In this document: in pieces, positions 12,245 through 27,586 of the stretch
Layout: each line of letters starts with the position of its first letter
How positions within the stretch are numbered: position 1 is the first letter of the stretch
Assembly (NCBI GenBank): GCA_964016885.1
Contig: OZ024740.1
Span: 82,894,001 to 82,958,000 of the forward strand
Reading direction: 5' to 3'
Source of the DNA: Eledone cirrhosa
Taxonomy: Eukaryota
Length of the DNA: 64,000 bases
Position numbers and translations under genes: made by a program
The notes under the pieces: generated by a model
Database searches by the model: none
What the model was told of the DNA's origin: nothing
The model's input: only the letters and a program-made list of their open reading frames with translations

Positions 12245-13475
12245 TAAATTTGTAGAGTAAAATCCAACGAGGGCTCGATAAGGATAAATAGATATCAAAT
12301 ATATAAGAACCGTAGTGCAAATATTTATTAAAATAACAGATTAAAGTTTAAGCAAAGAATCGCTGCTTTCACTCTTAACGGGATCTTCTGAAACTAAAAA
12401 GAATCAATCTGTGAAAGGAGAAGTAAATATTTTGAAAAACGTTGCAACCGAAGGAAGAAAGGAAGACGATACTTCGGTTCGTGAAAAAGTTTCAAAATAA
12501 ATTTTTAAAATTTGACTTTACCTACTATAGTTACCTTTACCGATCGGTTTCGAATCCTAAAAATAAAACGGAGACCATACGGCCTTCGTTGCAAAGAAAG
12601 ATTCTCGTCAGAAGGTTCTTTTCATTCAAAGAATATAAAATTCCTGAATTTAAATCACAGACTAGCGCTATCAAAACTGTTCCCGGGATGAGAGAGGATG
12701 ATGTAGAAACAGGTTTATCAAGGGCCGAAGCAAAGATAATGGCAGAAGGAGGAAGGTCAAACCAGCCACAGCTATCGCTAGCAGCAGTCAGAACGACCAA
12801 ATTTGTTCTCAACATTAGTGGAGGTAGTAGTAATAGGATATGTGTTCCTTCACGAAACTTTTTCATTATTTGCTAAACCTTGTTTATATTTGTTCTGGCT
12901 CGTTAATTTATTAACCCGCCATTGACCCACACTGGCATTTGGTTGGACAATACATGCGTACCTTAGCGCTTTGTGCGTGAAGGAACACATATCCTATTAC
13001 TACTACCTCCACTAATGTTGAGAACAAATTTGGTCGTTCTGACTGCTGCTAGCGATAGCTGTGGCTGGTTTGACCTACCTCCTTCTGCCATTATCTTTGC
13101 TTCGGCCCTTGATAAACCTGTTTCTACATCATCCTCTCTCATCCCGGGTGCAGTTTTGATAGCGCAAGTCTGTGATTTAAATTCAGGAATTGTATATTCT
13201 TTGAATGAAAAGAACCTTCTGACGAGAATCTTTCTTTGCAACGAAGGCCGTATGGTCTCCGTTTTATTTTTGGGATTCGAAACCGATCGGTAAAGGTAAC
13301 TATAGTAGGTAAAGTCAATTTTTAAAAATTTATTTTGAAACTTTTTCATTATTTGCTAAAAATTGTTTATATTTGTTCTGGCTCGTTAATTTATTAACCC
13401 GCCATTGACCCACACTGGCATTTGGTTGGACAATACATGCGTACCTTAGCGCTTTGTGCGTGAAGGAACACATAT

Positions 13476-13480
<5 letters not shown>
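12245..13480. mobile_element. PLE pseudo-LTR copy with inverted and tandem rearrangement
   Basis: 12245-12490 matches 8870-9105. About 12485-12856 is the reverse complement of ~12976-13348. 12856-12996 is directly repeated at 13338-13479, ending in (TA)n. Confidence 0.85.
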
Positions 13481-13548
<68 letters not shown>

Positions 13549-13720
13549 TAGAATGAAACGAAATTTCAGTTCTCACTCTTAGTACGGCACTTACTTAAAT
13601 GTGAGTATGTATGTATACGTACATACATATATGTATATGTGTGATGTATGTATATATATATACATACTACTGTACGTCTGTATACATATATGTATGTACG
13701 TATACATACATACTTACATT

Positions 13721-13762
<42 letters not shown>

Positions 13763-13819
13763 TAAAAAAATAATGAATAAAACAATGAAACAGTTCCTTA
13801 TATTAAACAAAAAAAGTTC

Positions 13820-13968
13820 ATTATTTAACGATCGTTTCTAGGATATATATGTGTTAGAATTGGCATGCATATTCAACAGATCTATGTACAAAATTATACA
13901 AAATTATACAAACTATCAAAATTAAATATACATACCAAACACATATATATGCCGTCTTCAGAAATAAT
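13820..13968 (-). ncRNA. Minimal type-I hammerhead motif with extended stem II
   Basis: Minus strand: attattt CTGAAGA cggcatatatatgtgtt..aacacatatatatccta GAAA c-gatc-g TT aaataat. Helix I pairs perfectly over 7 bp and helix III is palindromic (ACGATCGT). Confidence 0.65.
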
Positions 13969-16545
13969 CATAAAACGAATAATCGAACGAAAATAATGAT
14001 AACAATAGTCTTTAATTGTAAATATTAGCTGCTGAAATCGGATGAAGTATACGTGAAGGATAAAACTGTATGACAGAGGCGGCTAATCCACTTTGCCCGT
14101 TACAAGTGCTATTTTACCTGATGGTTTTCCCACTAGTTATTAATAGCGATCGAAGTTTAATATTTTCATTCAACCTAGGATGACTACAATGTAATATTCT
14201 CGATCTTAAAGAAGCGAAATTATAAAGACATCCAGCGGTCGACTGATGAGGAGGGAATGTTCTGTTTTTCAACTATTTACCCCCCCCCCCCACACATTTA
14301 TGATTCATTTTATATGAGCTTAGCCACGTGCACCACATTTCCGTCTATATATTGTATAATTTTGGATCATATTCGTAATGCTATTTGCATATTTCTAGTT
14401 GTGAAGGTGTATCAGCTGTGCAGAACGCGAATACTAAGGCCAGATAACAATAGTTTTCTTTATTGCGCAATGAAGAATATTATGGAAATGTACTCTTTTT
14501 ATTCATCATTACTCTATTTTGTATAAAAGGAATACCATGTTTCGCAATCTCTATTGATCATTTCCACATAGTGACGGTAACAGTTACTGACTTGCATGTA
14601 TTATTCGTTTTTCTACAAACTCCCGTTTCTTATAAACAGTAAAACTGAAATACCGAAGGCATGGCTGAACAGCCATCAGAATATTCTTCTTCATCATCTA
14701 TCCATATCATCTGCACATATATGCAACAGCAACAACATGAATGTGTATTTCAGTCACAACTAATGAAATAAGCAAGCGTTAATTTTAAACAAATCATGGT
14801 AGGTTACGAACTTTAGTCTTTGCTAATTTACTTAAAGTAGCCGCCCATGTTAACGTTTACCATGCTGCCTAAACTATAGATTAAATCATTTATTTATTTA
14901 CGTTATAAAATAAAATGATCTTGGAAAATAAAATGCACTTGGAAAATACAGGCATGATCTCAGAACATGGACACTTATTACACAAGTTCGTGTGTCCTAT
15001 GTTTTCTTCTCAGCTTGAGATATTGCCTCAAACTTATCGTAATTGTTCTTTCAAATGAATGAAATAAAATATAATAATATATTTCCACTATAGCTGAAGA
15101 TATTGCTGAAGATTTTAAATAATTTAAAATATATCACATTTATACATATCTAATAAACTGTTAACCCGGGCGTTTGATGGTATCATATTAAACAGTATCA
15201 TATTTTTGTTAGGTGCATACTATTCCACATAATTTTACTGTCTTAATAAGAACAGTCATTATCGTGATTATCTAATATCTATATATATATTCTGGATTTT
15301 CCCACTCGTGGAAATATTGTAGTAAGTACCAGGTGTGGTTACTTTCGTTAGACTATCGATTTCGGCAACATGAGTGACTGATCTAAGATGTAGAATAGGG
15401 TTTATGATTTTAATTCAGAGCTAGGCTCATTTTTTTCTTGCAAAACTAAACGTGTAACTGAATCTAAATATACAATTTCTATTAAATATTTTATACTATT
15501 ACTTTCCCCCGGAGAATATTCGCCAATTTAGTGAATAATAAAAAAAAAAATTGTAGTTAAACGGTAACTTAAAATTGAAACTGAATGGGGTACAGAACAA
15601 ATTGATTTTACGATGTCTCTTTTTAACTGATTCAGAACTGATTAATTTGTTTACAGATGTTCCGTTTTCACGCTTTTTATCAAAATAATTTGTCGAATCA
15701 GTAAGCATATAAATAAAAGTCGTTTTTTCTTAAGGGAGCATTAGATATGTGTAAACAGTCTCTAATTATACGTGTGATATTACGTAATGTAACGAATTGA
15801 TTTTCTACATCTGTATCTTGATTGCTTAAGCTAAGGAGTTAAGTTGATTTTTTAAATTGCAAATGTAAAGCATTTCATGGTATCGCTTAACTAAAATTTT
15901 CACACGCAGGTTAATACTTAAAACATGCAAACAATCCACATGAATATGTATTATTGTTGTATCATCAAATAATGTAAGATTAAGACAAATTGAATTTCAT
16001 CAGGTATATGTATATACATTAATGAGATATTTAGGGATTCCGATGTGTCAAATTGGTTAGATACATACGGGACGTGACTCTATCAATATGTAAAATAATA
16101 TTTAATAGACTAAATCAGTAAATTCCTGTCGCACAGGAATATAGTCATGAGAAAATATCTTGGTTAGATATTGTAGTATTAAAGGTAACAAAAGCGATTT
16201 GCAACAGATATATGTATAACAAATAAAAAAGATTGAAAACGAAGATCTGTAGTTTCTTAATCCCATGCACACTAATAACATTATTTCAAAATGTTACGCA
16301 ATAATATATATCTGAGATAAAAAAAGCGTATTAAATGACATACGTTCAGGAACAGCAACAGATATTATCCGCTATCATTAACAGATAAAATGATAGTATA
16401 TACACAGGTGACACTTGCTATTTGAATAATGTGAAAAATTTGTATTTTATTATAATAATATTAATTCTGAATTATATTGTAATTTAATTATACATAAAAC
16501 CTGTTAATATTACAACATATATATATATATTTATAAAACCATATT

Positions 16546-16608
16546 TATTTTATTATATATATTTCAAGGGTACCAAAACAGTTTGGTACGCTTTCTTCAG
16601 ATAAAATA
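16546..16608 (-). ncRNA. Minimal type-I hammerhead motif (left arm)
   Basis: Reverse complement of the 16938-17000 motif, with the core intact. Confidence 0.75.
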
Positions 16609-16937
16609 CAAAGTTTTTTTTATAAATAGAGACATACCCAGGAAAATCATACCTTATCAGCAGGATATTATTTGGATAGTGGAAATGTATTAGGGATTTT
16701 TCAAGCTTATGGGTGTATATGCAAATGAATATGTAAATAACTGAAAAACAACCGTTTATTTAAATAGTCTCTCCATACTCGTTTAAATAAACGGTTGTTT
16801 TTCAATTATTTACATATTCATTTGCATATTCACCCATAAGTTTGAAAAATCCCTAATACATTTCAACTATCCAGAGAATATCCAACTAATAAGGTATAAT
16901 TCTCCTGGGTATGTCTCTATTTATAAAACAAATTGTG

Positions 16938-17000
16938 TATTTTATCTGAAGAAAGCGTACCAAAGTGTTTTGGTACCCTTGAAATATATATAATAAAATA
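16938..17000 (+). ncRNA. Minimal type-I hammerhead motif (right arm)
   Basis: tattttat CTGAAGA aagcgtaccaaa-gtgt-tttggtaccctt GAAA t-atat-a TA ataaaata: 8-bp helix I, long stem II, palindromic helix III, AUA cleavage triplet. Confidence 0.78.
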
Positions 17001-17140
17001 AATATGGTTTTATAAATATAGTTTCCATTTATTTAATCTCATTGAATATTTACTCTAGTTAACTGATGAGTGCTCTAAATCAGTTATAAACTTTTATATT
17101 TATATTTGTCGGATTTCCAACAAATTAAATACCACTTCTA

Positions 17141-17224
<84 letters not shown>

Positions 17225-17231
<7 letters not shown>

Positions 17232-17553
17232 GCTTGTATTTGTAAAGCAAAAACAATGCAGGTATGGACATAGAATATAAATGCAAATGCAAAAGATATT
17301 GTTGACAATTAGTTTTTTACCTTAAATTTATTTAAATATCCTTAATTTTTAGAGATAATATCTCTTCTTCGGAGGGAAGTAAGGCGGTTAAACCAGTCTT
17401 TTAAATAGCTTGCCAAGTCATGCTGACAGCATGAGAGATATTATCTCGAAAAATTAAGGACAGTTACTAATTGTCAACAATATCTTTTGCATTTGCATTT
17501 ATATTTTATGTCCATACCTGCATTGTTTTGGCTTTACAAATACAAACGTGTAT
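17225..17553. repeat. Second foldback element (arms ~17225-17365 and ~17434-17553)
   Basis: The arms are reverse complements apart from one indel. The element starts at a (TA)n tract. Confidence 0.88.
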
Positions 17554-17597
17554 ACCTCATTACACAATGCTTCAAGTGAACTATAACTTCCTACATA

Positions 17598-19187
17598 CAG
17601 TGCCGCGCAAAAGTTTACAACGCATTAGGAAAAATGCAGTTTTAGGTAGTTTTAATAAAGTTAGGGTAATGAACATGTAACTACTGAGAGAACATATAAT
17701 GAGGCATTTAATGATACAATCATATTTAAAAAAAAAAACAAGGAAATAACTCATGAATAAAAATCAATATTTTTATAACGCAAAAGTTTACAACACATTT
17801 TATATTTATCGCTTTTTTTCAAGAAAATTCTTAAATTTTCAGATTTAAAATTCAGTAGAATTTTCTAGATTAGGTTTAAGGTAACTTCTAAGGACTATTA
17901 AAAACATTACGTCATTATTTGCCTGACAACCATCCTGTAAACATTGACAACCGTCCTGTAAACATTGACAATATGGGGAAAAATAAACTGATTGATGAAG
18001 ACCTCTGTAAACGCATTGTAGACCTTCATACAAATGGTGTTGGTTATAGAAAGATATCTTGTCAGTTAAATGTGCTATTGAGTTTAGTTGGTACTATAAT
18101 TTGTCACTGAAAATCTCATCATTCCATCTGTCCTCTAATTAGTTCTGGTTGTCCTAGAAAGATAACGGAACGTGCAGCTCGGTTATGGACGAGAAAGGTT
18201 GGCAACAAACCCCGGTGTATTCTTAAAAATCTTCAGGATGACCTAGAAGAAAGTGGAGTAAAAGTGAGCACAGATACAATTAGTCGTTCACTTCGTCGAT
18301 ATAATATCTTCTCGAGGTCTCCAAGGAAAACACCACTTCTTACGAGGAAACACGTTCTGGTCGATTAAACTTTGCAAATGAGCATCTCATCAAACCTGCG
18401 TCATTTTGGGAAGATGTACTTTAGTCAGACGAAACAAAATTTGAACTTTTGGGCCTAAATGCTGTGGCAAAAGTCTGGAGAAAAAAAGGTACTGAATATT
18501 CGGTGAAGAATACTATTCCAACTGTAAAATTTGAAGGTGGATCAATCATGGTCTGGGGTTGCTTTAGTGCCACAGGAGTAGGAAATATTGAAATAATAGA
18601 AGGAAGAATGGGTGGCACTTATTATAGAGGTATTTTCCAAAGGAATTTACATCAAAGTGCACATTCTCTCAGCTTAAAGCCAGGTTTGTTTTTTCAACAA
18701 GATAACAATCCAAAGCATACTGCAAAGCTAACACAATCTTGGTTAAGTACGAATGGAATAAATGTTCTAAAATGACCATGTCAGTCTCCAGATCTTAACC
18801 TGATCGAAAATTTGTGGAGAGAATTCAAAAGAGGAAACCCCAAAATATCCCTGAACTAAAGAAAATTTGTTGTGAAGAATGGATAAATATTAGCCAAGAA
18901 ACATGCAAGAAGCTACTCCAAACGCCTACAGGCTGTAATTAGCAACAAAAGTTACGCTACGAAGTATTAAGAGATGGTTTAATAAATGTGTTGTAAACTT
19001 TTGCGTTAAAAAAATATTGATTTTTCTTCATGAGTTATTTCCTTGTTATTTTTTAAAAAATATGATTGTATCATTAAATGCCTCATTATATGTTCTATCG
19101 GTAGTTAAATTTTCATTACCCTAACTTTATTAAAAATACCTAAAACCGCATTTTTCCTAATGTGTTGTAAACCTTTGCGGGGCACTG
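17598..19187 (+). mobile_element. Full-length Tc1-family transposon with ~200-bp IR/DR-type TIRs and TA TSD
   Basis: TA|CAGTGCC..GGCACTG|TA. The TIRs at 17598-17800 and 18983-19187 each carry two copies of (C)GCAAAAGTTTACAAC. Confidence 0.95.
17973..18970 (+). pseudogene. Tc1 DD34E transposase, inactivated
   Basis: MGKNKLI..GYRKIS, SDETKFEL, TVKFEGGSIMVWGCFS, FQQDNNPKHT, QSPDLNLIENLW, YATKY*. In-frame stops at ~18108, ~18422 and ~18773, plus frameshifts. Confidence 0.95.
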
Positions 19188-19219
19188 TATATATATATAT
19201 ATGAGTATATATATATAAG

Positions 19220-21587
<2,368 letters not shown>

Positions 21588-21675
21588 TTGCTGTTCCTGA
21601 AGGTATGTCATTGAATACGCATTTTTATCTCTGATATATATTATTGCGTATCATTTTGAAATAATTTTATTAGTG

Positions 21676-22190
<515 letters not shown>

Positions 22191-23574
22191 GTGTAATATA
22201 TATATAGAGCGAGACTATATTGTTTATATGACGAGCACAGATATTCTGACTAGTTCTTCCGGGACAGAATCTTGACAGAATCTTGAGAGAATCTTGAGAG
22301 AATCTTGACAGAATATTGACATTAATATATTTTAGCATCGTATAAACGGTATTCTCGTGAAAACTTGCATTCCAATGCATATATCACTATAGCAATACAA
22401 TTGTAACAGTATGTATATGAGGAAAAATTGAAGCTGGGTCTATTTTATATTTTTATAGTACCTCTATTTTTCTTTCTTTTCTTACATCTCTCTCCCGAGA
22501 GATGTTTACATTTTGGCATTAAATTATACTACTTTTAGTTGATTATGTCTAACTGCATGTCACAAGCAACTGTAATTAAATCTATCGTTTTGAAAAATAT
22601 ATACAATAAAATTTGGACTATTTTCATATTTCTTCCATTGTATTATAGTTATATATGTTTTTTTAAACAATTTAAATAATCATTTTTTTTTCCCTTAAAC
22701 ATTTACTATGGATATTTTGACAATTACACCTAGCGCACCCTTTTCAAACAAGTGGGTAAATGTGCTGAAATGCTTGTCTTATTGGTTGTTTACAAATTTC
22801 TCATGTAGCTTGTGTGTGTACTTGGTTGGTCTGAAGTTATTATTATTAAATTATTATTTATTAAGTATAAATATTTTTGTTGTTCGTGGTATATTAAGTT
22901 TTTCAGGGCTATAATGTTTGTTTTTTTCCTTTGGATGTGTTTTATTCTCCTTGTATTCTGTATGTTTTATGTTCTGGAGCTTATTGAAAACAACTGTTTT
23001 GAGTGCATGCACCGTTGTGGGGTTATGTTAATGAGCTACAAATGTCTCCTGTGTACGTTGTGTGAGAGGGTGTTAAAATGAAGGCTAGCGATTATATATG
23101 CGTATGTTATTATTAGTTCTTATTCCTATGTAGAATGATTTGATTTCTTAACTGCTCTTTGTTTCGAAAAGCATGTGTCAAATAAACTATAATATTGTGT
23201 TAGATTCGTATTTTGTGAGAAATATTTTGTGTAGAAGGCGTGTAGTTTATCAGTTGTAGTATTGGAATGAACCTATGCGTTTAGGAAAGCAATTTCTATG
23301 ATATCATGTGTTGATATATCAAAATATAGCACAACTTTTCAATAATTTGGCCATCATTTTTGGATTATTTGCTGTAACGTTATCCGGAAAGATATGTTTG
23401 CCCTTAGGAGTGTTCAGATTCTGCAGACTTTTCAATAGAACTTTTTATAATATTTTATATCCATTTCTGTTTAGGAATGTTTCTGGAAATTCGTGAGTAT
23501 TTGTTCTGTAAAACCTACGATAATATGGAGAATCGTTGTTAAATCCCCTTCTATACGTCAATAGAGGGCACACC

Positions 23575-25961
23575 TGTAGTGACCTACATTCCGCGGGCTC
23601 ACATACATTCTCTGTGCGTGATTTGGCTCAGCTCAGCCAATCAGCGCCAGTAGAAGAGGATGTATCCCTATGCATCCTGAGGGGGGGGGGGAGATTACCC
23701 GCGAATATTTGAAGAATCTCTCTCTTGCAGCTTGACCATGGTAAGGTAAACACCACTTGTTCTTTTGCTCCGTAAGCACAAACAATATGTAACGACAAAA
23801 CATGATTACGGACCTGACCAAACGCCTCAGCCAGTCGACCGTATTTTCTCTTGTAATCTTCATTGAATTATTTCATTTCTCTTGGCAAGCCAGCTTAATT
23901 CACTTCTTAACCTTTGTTAATAAATTATGTAAAAACAAGCTAAAGTCGTTGTCGATATATATATCATATATTTCTACCAAAGGTGGTTCCTCGTGGCAAC
24001 ATTACAACTTCAAAATACTTTTCTGCTAAACTGGTGACTGACGTAAGAATTTTACGCAGCCTTCTGTTCAATGCAACTTACGAAAATGCAAAATATCCCT
24101 TTTAAAATTGTAAAAAAATTAGCAGTATTTCAAAAACTTTTCGCCACGAGGAAATTTCAAAATGGCTACCGACAAGTCCTGTCTACAATCAACAACGACA
24201 ACAGCAGCAGCAGCAGCAGCGACAACATTGTTTAACCACTAACCAACAACAGGGAATAGTGAGATGGCAGCTTCATAGCCTTACCAACGCAAACCACCAC
24301 ACATTTCACCTGTTCTATCGTCTCTACCGTTAAAAAAAAAGAAAAAAAAAGAAAAATGGAAGTAGTTTTTTTTGTTTTTTTTTTAAAGAACAACACGTGG
24401 TTTAACATTTATGAACTCGCCAACGACAACATCTTGGAAAAAAAAAAAAAAAAAAATTAGCTCTATTTTCAAAATTATAGCCCGGAGACATTTTTCTTTC
24501 GATACGGCTTCCTGCAATACAAACAAGCGACACAACCTTATGTCACACAAGGTGGCAGGACGGTAAAATGGCCACGAAAACTCTCAAAAACAATATACCT
24601 ATAACCCCTAGTGGCATTAACAAACTTCTTTTTCAGTTTTCAGATAGAACTAGTGTCAGAAAGTCTGTACACTGGTGATGTGTGAGCTATTTGACTTTGA
24701 AAAACTTTGAACTTATCATTGAGCATTAATTTCTCTGCTCCCTTATATTGACTTTGAATTATCAGTTTGTTACATTCACATATTTCTTTGTAAAATGCAT
24801 TTACTTGTTTTGTGCTCTTTTGCTGTTTGCTTGCTCATGGTTTTTATTCATTCACATTCTTTGCTGTTTTACATGCCTGCATATGCACACATTTCTCTGT
24901 CCTTTCCTTTTTTCTTTTCAAAGCAACCAGCCATTTTTTCATGGCTCCCTAGCACATTCGACAATACATCTGGGAGGCCAACATTTTCTCGCCTACCCAT
25001 CATCTTCTTGCCAGCACTGGTAAACTGCCGTAATAGCTTCGTCTACAGCTACAGGTACAACACTTACCATTAACATTTAATGCAAGAACGGCAACTTCGC
25101 CCATGTCAGACTTTATACGTTTTCTGTTAGACCTTTGGTGGTCACGTATAAACTACAGAACAGCTAGTCATTTGACACAGCGGCTCAACACGTAACATTA
25201 CGGCTGTTGCCAGTTTAAATGCATTTCATTGTTCAGTGCATTTTTGTAACCTTGCTACATGTGGCATTTTCATTGCCTAGCACGATTTTTTTGTGTATCG
25301 CATATGGGGCCCCTTTACTGCGAATGGTATTATTTAATGCATTTGGCTTTATTGCTGTACATTTTTCCGTGTTAATGCTTGCATGCATGAACCTATTTCT
25401 CTTTCCGATGCTTCGTTTTGAAACATGCTTCCACATTTTGTAAACTGTTTCTTGTGGGTCCTTGGCTTCATCGTTAACGATTTTCGGCTAAAAATCTGCC
25501 CGGAGGTGATGTAGTGACCTACATTCCGCGGGCTCACATGCATTCTCTATGCGTAATTTGGCTCAGCTCAGCCAATCAGCACCAGGAGAAAAGGATGTAT
25601 CCCTACGCGTCCTGAGGGGGGAGATTACCCGCGAAGATTTGAAGATTGTCTCTCTTGCAGCTTGACCATGCTAAGGTAAACACCACTTGTTCTTTTGCTC
25701 CGTAAGCACAAACAATATGTAACGACAAAACATTATTACGGACCTGGCCAAACGCCTCAGCCAGTCGACCGTATTTTCTCTTGTAATCTTAATTGAATTA
25801 TTTCATTTCTCTTGGAATGCCAGCTTAATTCACTTCTTAACCTTTGTTAATAAATTATGTAAAAACAAGCTAAAGTCGTTGTCGATATAAATATCATATC
25901 TTTCTACCAAAGGTGGTTCCTCGTGGCAACATTACAACTTCAAAATACTTTTTCTGCTAAA
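23575..25961 (+). mobile_element. Non-autonomous or internally deleted LTR retrotransposon
   Basis: Highly similar ~455-bp direct repeats (23575-24030, 25510-25961) start TGTAGTG. A PBS-like TGGTGAC follows the 5' copy and a purine-rich GGAGGTGA precedes the 3' copy. The 1.5-kb interior has no gag/pol ORF. Confidence 0.8.
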
Positions 25962-26926
25962 AAACCTTCCGTTCTATTCCTATATGTCATTGAGAGAGCA
26001 AACCTATAAATTAGAGCTCACAAATGTATTAATTAATCGGAGAAAATGCTCTCATCGTAATAAGCGTGACATGAAGAGTACTAAGTGTGTTAATGTCCAG
26101 GGGGGTCTCATATTAAAAAACCATCAGGCTGGACACTCGATTGACAGATACAACATATACCAACGCAAATACACACACAAGCTGTATATTTATAGGAAAA
26201 TGGATTTATCTGAAGAACTGTAACATTCGTCACTGGACCTGGCACTTGTGCAACACTGGCACACACAGACACACATATAACTTTCCCCTTATATAGATAT
26301 ATATTATATATATATATATATATATTTAGCTCTAGACCTAGCTATTGACCAGTTAATTTTATTGTTCATTTTTTGTCGATTCTATTAAATGATGAATAGC
26401 TCCTGTTTATTTTAACATGTCTATTGAGCACTCTTATTCGATATGTGTATTTCCACATTTTCCCGAATATTTTTCGCGGATGTAGAGGTTATCTCCCTTG
26501 CCGAATTCCATGTGCGTATTTAGCTTGGGTTATGCCTTTTCATTCGCTTGGACAAAGCTCGTTGAAGAAGTAAATTTCCTGTCCACTGGTACCTAGAAGT
26601 CTTATATATGTTTATGTGAGCTGATAGAGAACAGTTTAAGGATTTACAGAAACCCAAGAAGCTAGATTTAACATCTTCCTAGCGGGTCCGGGTATGCTTT
26701 TTACATTCATTTAATTTATTGATTTTTTATCTGAGTGTCCCGAATCTTCCAGATCGCAGATTTTCGATTGTACGGTTGATTATAGACTTGTTCTATGTGT
26801 GACGGTATTTTAACGATAGTTATAGCTGTGATTTATCTAAATTATGGAGCCCTCTGCCGCTCATATCGAATTTTGTTTATCGTGAACTCGTGCGCCGATT
26901 TTTCGATACTCGATTACTCTACTATA

Positions 26927-27032
<106 letters not shown>

Positions 27033-27094
27033 TGTATATATATGTATATATATATACACATATACATATATACATATATACATACATACATAAA

Positions 27095-27154
<60 letters not shown>

Positions 27155-27586
27155 TATATATAGATATATATATATTTATATATATATATACGGGATAACA
27201 AGTTATTGTTATAGTTAATATAGTTAGAGGTTGTGAATACTCTGTATTGTGCATTAGCGGCCTTTAGACTCACCTGATCAATGAAATAATTGTTAATACC
27301 TGAAATAAAACCCTTTTTTTACAGCCGACCATGTTATTCTTCAATATTTCACTATATATATACGGGATAACAGGCTATCGTTATAGGCAGTCCACTTAGA
27401 TGTAGTCCAGTTAGAGTACTCCGTGTAGTGGATAGTATTAACGTATTGCTTGTTTGACTCAACAAGACGTTTCCATAGTGATGCTGCGAGTTTGCAGTGA
27501 TTTCTATGTAGTTTATACTTGGAGTAATAATAATTCAAGAAAGAAGAGTGACATGGTTCGTTATACAATAGGGGCTTTATTCACAT

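Larger units (their letters stand above)
16525..17020. mobile_element. Foldback element (~240-bp arms, 17-bp spacer), probably an inverted PLE pseudo-LTR pair
   Basis: 16525-16764 is the reverse complement of 16782-17020 with scattered mismatches. A related fragment lies at ~29840-29945. Confidence 0.9.

Noticed and set aside
12442-13349. Paired 106-144-aa ORFs as a duplicated host gene
   Set aside because: They arise from the inverted duplication beside a pseudo-LTR. No recognisable domain.
14240-14275. CTGATGAG as a hammerhead core
   Set aside because: No stem II/GAAA partner downstream. Possibly a truncated relic but unsupported.
17058-17090. CTGATGAG within a small hairpin
   Set aside because: No GAAA..UH half. 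The motif is itself paired in TAACTGAT/ATCAGTTA.
22264-22320. Regular repeats as a CRISPR-like array
   Set aside because: 11-bp tandem minisatellite with no spacers, in a eukaryotic context.
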